A stretch of DNA of 64,000 nt, taken from the IMG/VR virus record IMGVR_UViG_3300021431_000076, positions 96,001 through 160,000 of that record; one strand, given 5' to 3'. Position numbers and translations under genes: made by a program. Position 1 is the first letter of the stretch. Each line of letters begins with the position of its first letter. Origin of the DNA: a virus (lineage: Duplodnaviria > Caudoviricetes). Below, piece after piece: positions 29,817 through 38,298 of this stretch. Below the pieces are notes generated by a model. The model saw only the letters and a program-made list of their open reading frames with translations, had not been told where the DNA came from and made no database searches.

Positions 29817-31781
29817 ATGGCAGATTATACAAATAGACTTAACGTCATTGCTAATATAATCGACCCAATAACTAGAACTATTTATGTATATCCTGTTAAG
29901 GATGCTTATCTTTCTGAAGAAGAAGCAGTATTTCCTCATGGTATACAGAAAATGTTATTGGTAAATAATTCTACTGTTGGAAGAGCTAATAAAACCATTA
30001 TGGCTTTTGATATTCCACAAATAAAAGATATTCAATATGAGAATCTTGTTTCGGTAGAATTGATTTTGCAAACAATAGTTGTTCCAAGAAGAGATGTAAA
30101 TATCGGATTCAAATATCATGAAGATAACGGATGGGTTGAAGACGGTACTACTTACTTAGGTCAACCTCAAGATGAACCAGAATTTGTCCAAATGAAAACT
30201 CTAGGTTCACTTGATAGAAATCTAGTATATGATATTACTGATATCTTTACTTCTCATGAGAATAAAGAATTCCATTTCCCAATTACTATAATGGAAGAGG
30301 AATCTAACGTATCAGGAGCTCCAGTAATATTTAACTCTAGAGAAGCAGGACCAAAACTGTCTCCAGTAGTTAAAATTTCTTATTACTATTTTCCTGAGAT
30401 AATAGATGCTGCTAAATTAGACAGTAGTCTTACTATCAGAAGAAATGTTCCTAATGATACTGAACCATATCCTTATCTTCCTGGTCAGCTTGAAATCTGG
30501 GGAGGAACATATAAAACACAGTTAGATGGTGAATTGACAATAAAAGCTATTCCTGTACCAGATCCTAATGCAGATCCTCCAGTAGAAGCTCCAGAACTTC
30601 CTGGTACTATTAATGTAAAAAGAAGTTATTATAACTTCTTAGACGGTCAGTTGACAATTCGTCAGAATAAACAAAAGGAACTAGATGGTAGAATAGATGT
30701 GAATTTCTATATTACTAGACCTGGTGCTCCTAATATAGATGATCCTCCTGCTAAATTACCATCTGATGGTAGATGGGTACAACCAATACCAATTCCATAT
30801 CTTGAAGGTTCTGTAGAAGTAAAAATCTTCCCTGTTCCTGATCCTACTGCTGATCCTCCAGTAGAAGCACCATTTATTGAAGGTCAGTTAAATATTAAAG
30901 ATCTAAAAGATCTAGATGGACAATTAACTATACCTAAATACCATGCAGATGATGGTGGTCCAGATTATGTAGGACCTGATGGAACTCCACATAAATTTGG
31001 TCCTTCTTCTCCTCTTAATGGTCAAATCAATATCAAAGTTAAAGATCTAAAAGATCTAGATGGACAATTAACTATACCTAAATACCATGCAGATGATGGT
31101 GGTCCAGATTATGTAGGACCTGATGGAACTCCACATAAATTTGGTCCTTCTTCTCCTCTTAATGGTCAAATCAATATCAAAGTTAAAGATCTAAAAGATC
31201 TAGATGGACAATTAACTATACCTAAATACCATGCAGATCTTAATCCAGATCCTGCTGAGCCTATTAATCCTAGTGCTATAGATGGCACTCCAGATGCACA
31301 TGATAAATATGTTCATTATTCTAAATTAGATGGTGCAATTACCATAAAACGGCATGTTCCTAGCGACACTCCTATTAGTGGTGAAGAAATTCCTGATTTA
31401 GATGGTGAAGTATTCATTAAAATACATAAAGCTATTATCAATGGAGTTCCTGGACCAATTTTAGATGGCGCAATTAATATTAATAGAACTTATGAAATAT
31501 ATCATCCTGCTGATGATTTAGAAGGTCAACTTAATATTAGAGAAACTGCTGCTTTAGATTCTCAATTATCTATAAACTTCTATACTGAATCTACTGATCT
31601 TGATGGTCAATTAAATATTCCTGATAGTGTAGATCTAGAAGGTAGTTTAGTAGTTAAACAAAATAAAAATGCTAATCTAAATGCTAAATTTAAAATCAAT
31701 GGTCGTGGATTTAAAGATATGATAGGTTCTCTCAATATAGATGATTCTTCTAGTGGTTCTTATGCATTCATTATAGACTAA
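29817..31781 (+). CDS. DNRLRE-like domain protein with many LxGxLxI strand repeats
   Basis: PVKDAYL...FDI...FNSREA..P pattern, then about 20 L[DE]G[QE][LI]xI motifs separated by Pro-rich spacers. Confidence 0.65.
   Translation: MADYTNRLNVIANIIDPITRTIYVYPVKDAYLSEEEAVFPHGIQKMLLVNNSTVGRANKTIMAFDIPQIKDIQYENLVSVELILQTIVVPRRDVNIGFKYHEDNGWVEDGTTYLGQPQDEPEFVQMKTLGSLDRNLVYDITDIFTSHENKEFHFPITIMEEESNVSGAPVIFNSREAGPKLSPVVKISYYYFPEIIDAAKLDSSLTIRRNVPNDTEPYPYLPGQLEIWGGTYKTQLDGELTIKAIPVPDPNADPPVEAPELPGTINVKRSYYNFLDGQLTIRQNKQKELDGRIDVNFYITRPGAPNIDDPPAKLPSDGRWVQPIPIPYLEGSVEVKIFPVPDPTADPPVEAPFIEGQLNIKDLKDLDGQLTIPKYHADDGGPDYVGPDGTPHKFGPSSPLNGQINIKVKDLKDLDGQLTIPKYHADDGGPDYVGPDGTPHKFGPSSPLNGQINIKVKDLKDLDGQLTIPKYHADLNPDPAEPINPSAIDGTPDAHDKYVHYSKLDGAITIKRHVPSDTPISGEEIPDLDGEVFIKIHKAIINGVPGPILDGAININRTYEIYHPADDLEGQLNIRETAALDSQLSINFYTESTDLDGQLNIPDSVDLEGSLVVKQNKNANLNAKFKINGRGFKDMIGSLNIDDSSSGSYAFIID
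30895..31238 (+). repeat. Perfect 144-bp in-frame tandem repeat, about 2.4 copies
   Basis: Units start at 30895, 31039 and 31183; the 48-aa unit KDLKDLDGQLTIPKYHAD...NGQINIKV is identical at DNA level. Confidence 0.95.
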
Positions 31782-31792
31782 TCAAAATTATG

Positions 31793-31821
31793 CAATCCTA
31801 GGGATTGATTCCCTAGGATTG
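31793..31821 (+). terminator. Intrinsic terminator
   Basis: 12-bp stem followed by TTTTT. Confidence 0.85.
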
Positions 31822-31830
31822 TTTTTCTTA

Positions 31831-31843
31831 GACATGTGTGTAA
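31831..31843 (+). promoter_or_regulatory. Late-type promoter GACA-N6-TAA
   Basis: Directly after the terminator, upstream of 31899. Confidence 0.7.
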
Positions 31844-31898
31844 AGAGAGGTTTCTCTTTATGCATAAATAGAAACAAAATATAAGGAGGTTTCGTAAT

Positions 31899-32378
31899 AT
31901 GGCTGCTCCGTCTATTACAGTTGTTAATGCTTCTTCAAATACAACCCAGACTAACTGGTCTGCTGGTGTTGTTAAAGCTAGTCAGAGTTCCAATGTTTTA
32001 ACTATTCAGATTTGGAATAATAGAGGTAATAACTCTACTGCTCTAGCTGATCTTAGAGATGCTTCTATTACATCTCTAGACACTAATGGTGGTAGCACTT
32101 CTGATCCAGTATCAGGTAAATGGCTAAAAGTAAACTGCCCAAATCTTTCTGAACAATCAGGTACTTGGACTGCTGTTGGTGGTACTACTACTAAATTTAT
32201 TCGTGGTGATGGTGTACCAGCATCAGATGGTAATATTATTAGAGGTACTGCTAATCCTGGTTCTTCTAGTAATACAACTAATTATTGCACAGTAAAACTA
32301 AGAATTGATGTTCCTGCAAATGCTACACCTAATACATATAACTTTAAGACCAGAATTAATGGTTACTATGTTGGTTAA
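31899..32378 (+). CDS. Small beta-rich structural subunit, candidate major fibre subunit
   Basis: Own late promoter, SD AAGGAGGT, S/T/N/G-rich composition; paralogue of 32393 and 20678. Confidence 0.7.
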   Translation: MAAPSITVVNASSNTTQTNWSAGVVKASQSSNVLTIQIWNNRGNNSTALADLRDASITSLDTNGGSTSDPVSGKWLKVNCPNLSEQSGTWTAVGGTTTKFIRGDGVPASDGNIIRGTANPGSSSNTTNYCTVKLRIDVPANATPNTYNFKTRINGYYVG

Positions 32379-32392
32379 TGGAGGTGACTTAA

Positions 32393-32863
32393 ATGGGTCC
32401 ATTAATCGGAATTTTTGATGAAACCAACACAGCTGTTCAAGCAACATGGAATGTTGGAATTGTCAGAGCTCAAATTCCATCTGAAGAATTGACTATTAAT
32501 ATTTGGAATAATAAAACTGGTACTGATGATGTGTCTGATCTTAGAGATCCTATGTTAGCAGTATTAGATTCTAATGGTCTAACAGCAAATACTCCAATTC
32601 CACAAGATAAATGGGTACAGGTTAATGTAGAATCAGTTGATGGTAATACAACTACTTGGACTCCTATTGGTGGTACTACTACTAAATTACTAAGAGCTAA
32701 TAGTGGTGTAATTACAGATGTTATTAAAGGTACTATGAACAATGGTGATCCCTTACTATATCCACAAAATGTATGTACTGCTAAATTAAGAATTGTTGCT
32801 CCAATCAATTCTATTCCTGGAGATTTTACATTTAAAATTAGACTTACTGGTTATTATACCTAA
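32393..32863 (+). CDS. Small beta-rich structural subunit, paralogue
   Basis: Aligns end to end with 31899 (IWNN, DLRD, KW..VN, GGTTTK, FK.R..GYY). Confidence 0.75.
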   Translation: MGPLIGIFDETNTAVQATWNVGIVRAQIPSEELTINIWNNKTGTDDVSDLRDPMLAVLDSNGLTANTPIPQDKWVQVNVESVDGNTTTWTPIGGTTTKLLRANSGVITDVIKGTMNNGDPLLYPQNVCTAKLRIVAPINSIPGDFTFKIRLTGYYT

Positions 32864-32866
32864 TAC

Positions 32867-32895
32867 AATCCTCTACCCATAACGGGTAGAGGATT
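32867..32895 (+). terminator. Intrinsic terminator
   Basis: 12-bp perfect stem ending in a T-run. Confidence 0.85.
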
Positions 32896-32953
32896 TTTAA
32901 TTATTGTGCAAACTTTTATATAATCGTTAATTATTTATAGGGGGTAATTTAAT

Positions 32954-33646
32954 ATGTTAGAAGTTTGTCATTCTCCATTAGAAGCAGAGGGTCAGAATTA
33001 TATTTGGTTTGCTATTACTAAAGATGGTAAAAGTATTTATGAATATAATGATAACTGGGAAAAGAAGGATTTTACTACAGATGTATATGAACCAAGATAT
33101 TTTATGAATACTTTGGGTCTTATGGGAAAAGGTTCTCTTTATACTATGGATTTAGATATATTAGATAAAGATGATATAGAATCTAATATGTTTGCTCATC
33201 ATGTTATGCATGGAGATAAAACAAGTTTGATTTTACCTAAAATATTTTTAGCTCATTCTACTTATCCAGTAGAAGTTTATTCTTTATCTACTCCTAATAT
33301 GGTAATCTCTAGTCCTAAAGATGATATCTTTGTAAGAAAATATGTCCATTGTGATTTGAAAGTAGCAAAAAATAAAGAAACATCTGCTAGTGCTATGATA
33401 GACTATTATGCTTTAGGATATTCTAATAAAATAGAAATGAATGGTTCTATTATTAGATATGCCTTGATGTTGTGTGTTCCTAATGATGATGATAGAGACC
33501 CATTTTATAAAATTCAACTTACTTCAACAAAAGATATCACTGTAGATTTATATGCTACGCCACATATATTCTGTATAACAGATCCTCATAAGACTATTGA
33601 ACTTAAAGCACATGAGAGAACTGAATTTGACTACCGCTTAGGATAA
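32954..33646 (+). CDS. Hypothetical protein, paralogue of 21426
   Basis: Same motifs as 21426; late motif AACT-N6-TAA at 32911-32923. Confidence 0.65.
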   Translation: MLEVCHSPLEAEGQNYIWFAITKDGKSIYEYNDNWEKKDFTTDVYEPRYFMNTLGLMGKGSLYTMDLDILDKDDIESNMFAHHVMHGDKTSLILPKIFLAHSTYPVEVYSLSTPNMVISSPKDDIFVRKYVHCDLKVAKNKETSASAMIDYYALGYSNKIEMNGSIIRYALMLCVPNDDDRDPFYKIQLTSTKDITVDLYATPHIFCITDPHKTIELKAHERTEFDYRLG

Positions 33647-33649
33647 AAA

Positions 33650-33963
33650 ATAAAAGAGAGGTTTGAGTGGATAGATATAAATTTTGTATACCAGAACCTC
33701 TCTTAACTATTTATCTCCTCCATTTCTTGACAAAGTTTGTCTCTCAAATAATTATCAATAGTCCAGCTTATAGTGCTATCCACAATACTATGAGGATCTA
33801 TTGATACCTGAAACAACACCAACCCCTTCTCCACTATATTATGCTGGGAAATTTCGTTATGCACTACCTTATTATATGTAGCATTAAACAAAGTGTTTGT
33901 GGTCCTATGACGAATATACAACTTTTATTCTCATATGAACTTCCCCTTTATCTATCCACTCAT
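33650..33963 (-). other. Early transcription unit with 5'-3' complementarity and a frame-disrupted ORF
   Basis: Promoter at 33968-33975; 14-nt inverted repeat 33664-33677/33949-33962; the SD-led ATG 33934 gives only 9 aa and is out of frame with the 72-aa ORF 33703-33921. Confidence 0.45.
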
Positions 33964-34036
33964 ATAAATAGTATATGTTTATAATTTATTTTACTCAAAT
34001 ATATCCCTGATGGTATCAAACCATCAGGGAGGATTA

Positions 34037-34372
34037 TTATTTATCATATATTTTAATCAAACCCATCTTAGTAACTATACAATGTAAAGTTTTCTTACAA
34101 TTTAAATTTTTATTAGTTTCTATAGTAATCTTATTACCATTAACAGAACAACAACAAACATATCTAGGATATTCCTGTTCAAGATTAACCGTAAAGTTTC
34201 CTTCATGATCTTTAAACGAAATTATCTCTTTAGTAAACGTAGTATTTGATTTAGAGTCATATCTAATTAAAGTAATATGCAATGTATCTTTTTCTTCTAT
34301 AACTTTATACAGATAGATATATAATGCTGATACTACACCAGCAGCTATCATTAGTACAACGATGTCAGTCAT
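34037..34372 (-). CDS. Membrane-anchored hypothetical protein
   Basis: N-terminal TM helix; ATGA overlap with the upstream gene. Confidence 0.7.
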   Translation of the reverse strand: MTDIVVLMIAAGVVSALYIYLYKVIEEKDTLHITLIRYDSKSNTTFTKEIISFKDHEGNFTVNLEQEYPRYVCCCSVNGNKITIETNKNLNCKKTLHCIVTKMGLIKIYDK

Positions 34373-34773
34373 TTTATCATCTCCTCACAATAGCCATCTT
34401 CAGTTGTATAAAATATTTTCTTAATTCCAGCTTTTTTGATTACTTCCATACATGCAGGACAAGGTCTACATGGTGCTAATTTTCCTCTTTTATCTTCTCG
34501 ATACACATAAATACATGCTCCAGATAAGTCTTCTTTATCTGCATTTATTATAGCTCGCATTTCAGCATGAAGATAATGATGATATTCAGGTTGACAATTG
34601 AATCTAAGAGAGTTATATTTCTTTTGCATAGGATGAGATTTTTTGACATTGACTCCTGCTGATAAGATTTCTTTCTTATAAACTATAATACATCCAATCT
34701 TTATACGATCAAATGTAGAAGTCTTTGAAACTGCTTTAGCAATCTTGAAATAATGGAAATCTCTTTTAACCAT
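34369..34773 (-). CDS. Zn-dependent CMP/dCMP deaminase family protein
   Basis: HAE and PCPAC motifs; SD AAGGGAGG favours ATG 34773. Confidence 0.85.
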   Translation of the reverse strand: MVKRDFHYFKIAKAVSKTSTFDRIKIGCIIVYKKEILSAGVNVKKSHPMQKKYNSLRFNCQPEYHHYLHAEMRAIINADKEDLSGACIYVYREDKRGKLAPCRPCPACMEVIKKAGIKKIFYTTEDGYCEEMIK

Positions 34774-34854
34774 AATAATACCTCCCTTATAGGAAAGTAT
34801 CCTATGGTTTAAAAAAATATCCAGGATCAATAAAGATCCTGGATATCCTTGTTA

Positions 34855-35025
34855 TTAAACTTTGGATCTAAGAATTTCAAGTACACGAGCATATTGAGCT
34901 TCATCAATTTCTTCACCCATTTGCTCTACTTGTTGAAGCATAGCTTGCAACTGTCTCTGCTTTTCAGCAGTAGACATTAGAAAACCTTCTTTGATTGTAC
35001 GAATGACTATATCTTTGCTAATCAT
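34855..35025 (-). CDS. Small helical protein (56 aa, MISKDIVIRTIKEG...)
   Basis: Below ORF-track cutoff; SD AGGAGGT; fills the operon gap. Confidence 0.7.
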   Translation of the reverse strand: MISKDIVIRTIKEGFLMSTAEKQRQLQAMLQQVEQMGEEIDEAQYARVLEILRSKV

Positions 35026-35059
35026 TGTTAAATACCTCCTAAATTGTATTATTTAACTG

Positions 35060-35497
35060 TTAAAGATATCTAACCCTAGAACCATCATCAAGGTGTTTAA
35101 CTTTAATAGAATCTGGTTCTATCATAGTCATTCCAACAGTAGTAGCTTTCTTATTTTCTTTAATGGTATCATTTACGTTCATCATCAGATTATGACCTAA
35201 CCATGCTCCTACAATACAAGCAATAATAAACAATACACAAAAACCAACCTTAGATTTATGAAAGATTATAAATTCTTTAGCTTGATCTAATCTATTTCTA
35301 AGAGTTAGTTTTCTATTTGGATTTTCAACAACACTAACTAGATTATTTCCAGCAGCTTGTAATTGTTCTATAACTCTATCTTCTTTTTCTGTACGAAATT
35401 TAAACTGTACAGGTTTGTCTTTAAGACAAGTAAAGTAGAATACAGTACTAAGAACACCAAGAGCAACAGATAAAACCACAATCAAAATCATTTCCAT
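35060..35497 (-). CDS. Membrane protein with two TM helices
   Basis: Two hydrophobic segments; SD AAAGGGG. Confidence 0.7.
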   Translation of the reverse strand: MEMILIVVLSVALGVLSTVFYFTCLKDKPVQFKFRTEKEDRVIEQLQAAGNNLVSVVENPNRKLTLRNRLDQAKEFIIFHKSKVGFCVLFIIACIVGAWLGHNLMMNVNDTIKENKKATTVGMTMIEPDSIKVKHLDDGSRVRYL

Positions 35498-35519
35498 TTT
35501 CTAAAAATCCCCTTTTGAA

Positions 35520-36065
35520 TTATTTACCAGTAGAACCTATACCACCGGTTCTTACCCCTTTTGCATTATCATCTTCCATAGTGAAGTATCTCTGTATAAT
35601 TCCTTGACAGAATTTGCTACCAGCAGGAAGTTTGAGAGGAACACCAACTCTAAATGCTATTAGAATGTGTCCTTCATTGTCACTATTGTTGTAATAGTCA
35701 GCATCAATAATAGGTATAGTATTTGGCATACTAAATCTATATCCAAATCCAAGAGAAGATCTAGGATATAATGCTAAGAATACTTTACCAGCTAATTTTA
35801 CATCAATAGCATTACTAGCTTCTGGTCTTACTAAATCATCCATATTAGCCTTAATACCAGATGGAAGAACTATAGTCTTATCTGCAGGAACATCAATATC
35901 AAATGGCAGTTTAAAATCATACCCAGCTGATTTTGATGTAGATCTTTCAGGTTTTGCGATATACTTATAATTCAACTCATCTGTTCTTGGTAAATACTCT
36001 GTCCCCTCATAATTAAGAGTATTAAACTTCAACCAAGTTTCCAAACTAATCTTTTCAAAAGCCAT
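35520..36065 (-). CDS. dut: Trimeric dUTPase
   Basis: SAGYDF, PRSS, IIDADYY, QGII and RTGGIGSTG motifs. Confidence 0.92.
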   Translation of the reverse strand: MAFEKISLETWLKFNTLNYEGTEYLPRTDELNYKYIAKPERSTSKSAGYDFKLPFDIDVPADKTIVLPSGIKANMDDLVRPEASNAIDVKLAGKVFLALYPRSSLGFGYRFSMPNTIPIIDADYYNNSDNEGHILIAFRVGVPLKLPAGSKFCQGIIQRYFTMEDDNAKGVRTGGIGSTGK

Positions 36066-36160
36066 TTCTTATACCTCCATTTTACAAAATGATAGCTCTG
36101 AACACTACTAGAGTGTTCAGAGCATTGTATAAAGAAATGTTTAGTTATGAAAATCAAGTT

Positions 36161-36235
36161 TGGCCCGCCTACCAAGAATCGAACTTGGATTAAAGGTTTA
36201 GAAGACCCTTGTACTATCCATTATACTATAGGCGG
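36161..36235 (-). tRNA. tRNA-Arg(UCU)
   Basis: Cloverleaf: acceptor CCGCCTA/TAGGCGG, anticodon loop CTTCTAA, T-loop TTCGATT, discriminator G, encoded CCA; late motif at 36247-36259. Confidence 0.95.
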
Positions 36236-36276
36236 AATCTTTTAGACTAATATATTGTTAGTGTGTTTGTAATTTA

Positions 36277-37878
36277 TTATTCATTTATTTTAGAATAACA
36301 CATCACACCAAAGATGATAGTAAATGTTCTAACCATTATATCAATTTCTGGTTCAAATCTTAGATGATATGTTTTCTTTTTGAATTCATATTGTTTTTGA
36401 ATTTGTTCCTTGATATCATCCAAGATATATAAACAATCTACATTAAATTTATCTAATCCTAATGGTATCTTTGGATTATTATATTCTTCATTAGGATAGT
36501 AATATTGAATTTCACCTACCTCTGTTGGACTAAATATTGATTCTGTACTTAGTTTAAGCATATCTTTTCTAGATATTCTCATACCAGCAGCACCTGGATG
36601 ACCTTGACCTAAACCAAATGTACCAAATACATTATTAATACCAACATCCTTTATTATTTGATCTGATGTATATCCAGATGCAGATAATATAGCTGGTTTA
36701 TTAGTATACCGTATTAATAATGTAATTTCGTAATCATACTCAGATTGATCATGTCTTTCCACAAATCTAGAACTATTTCCAGTACCATATATAGCTCTAA
36801 TAGTTAAAGTCTTTCCATTTTCATATTGTATAGTATACTTATACACATAATCAAATTTATACAATAACTTTAACTTCTTTAAATTAAGATCCCATAATAA
36901 CTTACCAGCTACCATCATTCTAGTGATAGACTCTATCTGATATTCTTCCATGAAAGAATCTTTCCAGAATTTGGTGAATACATATACTGTTTGATAATCC
37001 CAGTAATACTGATTCATATATAGAGCTTTTTGATATGATTCTGGAAATCTTTCATCCATTTTCATGTCATATATACTAATCAATGCTGCTATTTTATAAC
37101 CAGTTATGTGCTTAGTCTCTTTAATACGTTTTATGTATGGATGTAACCATAATAAGGCTAATTGAGTGGCTGACATTCTGGTATCTAATACATAAGAGAA
37201 ATCACTAGTAACCGAGTTAGTTTTCATTGACTTTATAAAGTCACCAGACTCTAACTCATTGACAACTGGAATAGATCCAGCATGGTGATCTATCCAAACT
37301 ACTTTATTAAACGTACTTAACAACATAGTCATATACAGAATCTTTGGAGATAGGTCAACTATGAATAAAACAAATTTCTTTTCTGGATTATTGGCTTTTG
37401 CTACATTTACATCTAAGATTAATTGATCTAATACATCATATTCATAATTGAAACGTGTAATATTTACATTATCTCCAAAATGCAATGAGTTAAATACTAA
37501 ACTACCAGATGCATCTCCATCCATATCTGTATGGCATAACATATATACCACACATTCTTTAGATCTTATAGCAGTTATATCACTATCTAACAGTATACCT
37601 TCTTTGTTATATGAGTATTGAGCTATATGATTAGAAGTTTTCTTACTATCAAATATTCTCACAATATTAGAATTAGTAAGATTAGAATTCTTTCTAGTTA
37701 CATAGGTTTCATCAAAACCCATATAACCATTTAGTTTCTTTGGATATTTATCATTCTCTGAAATAACTAGATCGTTTATTGAGTTATAGAACAATTTGTT
37801 TTGTTCTTCTGATGAGAATATAGCAAATTCTCCATTATCTAGCTCAGACAACATTTGATCTATGTCTACATCAATCAC
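36277..37878 (-). CDS. DHH/DHHA1 family phosphoesterase
   Basis: HTDMDG, VDLS, IDHH and GQGHPGAAG motifs. Confidence 0.85.
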   Translation of the reverse strand: MIDVDIDQMLSELDNGEFAIFSSEEQNKLFYNSINDLVISENDKYPKKLNGYMGFDETYVTRKNSNLTNSNIVRIFDSKKTSNHIAQYSYNKEGILLDSDITAIRSKECVVYMLCHTDMDGDASGSLVFNSLHFGDNVNITRFNYEYDVLDQLILDVNVAKANNPEKKFVLFIVDLSPKILYMTMLLSTFNKVVWIDHHAGSIPVVNELESGDFIKSMKTNSVTSDFSYVLDTRMSATQLALLWLHPYIKRIKETKHITGYKIAALISIYDMKMDERFPESYQKALYMNQYYWDYQTVYVFTKFWKDSFMEEYQIESITRMMVAGKLLWDLNLKKLKLLYKFDYVYKYTIQYENGKTLTIRAIYGTGNSSRFVERHDQSEYDYEITLLIRYTNKPAILSASGYTSDQIIKDVGINNVFGTFGLGQGHPGAAGMRISRKDMLKLSTESIFSPTEVGEIQYYYPNEEYNNPKIPLGLDKFNVDCLYILDDIKEQIQKQYEFKKKTYHLRFEPEIDIMVRTFTIIFGVMCYSKINE

Positions 37879-38213
37879 AGATAGTCACTCCTTCTTAAAG
37901 ATTCATTCATTTCATTTGCTTCTTCTTGAGTTATTACTCCGTTAGCTTCAAAATAAACTACTTGTTTTTTCGGTTTTACTTTAGTGTATCTCTCTGCTTC
38001 AGACTTTATTCCAGTCATATCTATATTAGCATGAATAGGAAAGTTCCTAACTCTAGTATCCACACTAATAAAATTAGGAATGTTTAATAACATTTGAGAT
38101 GCTGTTCTCTTCAACTCCTTTTCTGGTTGAGTGCATAATCTTCCTATAGTATCAATGGTATTACCAATAGGTGTCTGTTTGAATGCATCCCATAAGATGT
38201 TTCCAAAGTTCAT
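37875..38213 (-). CDS. Hypothetical early protein
   Basis: SD AAGGAGGAG; early motif at 38244-38251. Confidence 0.7.
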   Translation of the reverse strand: MNFGNILWDAFKQTPIGNTIDTIGRLCTQPEKELKRTASQMLLNIPNFISVDTRVRNFPIHANIDMTGIKSEAERYTKVKPKKQVVYFEANGVITQEEANEMNESLRRSDYL

Positions 38214-38298
38214 AATATCTCCTCCTTAAATAAATACATAGTAATAGTATATCATTATTCAAAAATTTAAAGGAGTACCATTTCTGGTACTCCTGTTT

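Noticed and set aside
30895-31238. Possible CRISPR array or DGR template/variable repeat pair
   Set aside because: In-frame coding tandem repeats with no spacers and no adenine-specific differences; no cas or RT gene in the window.
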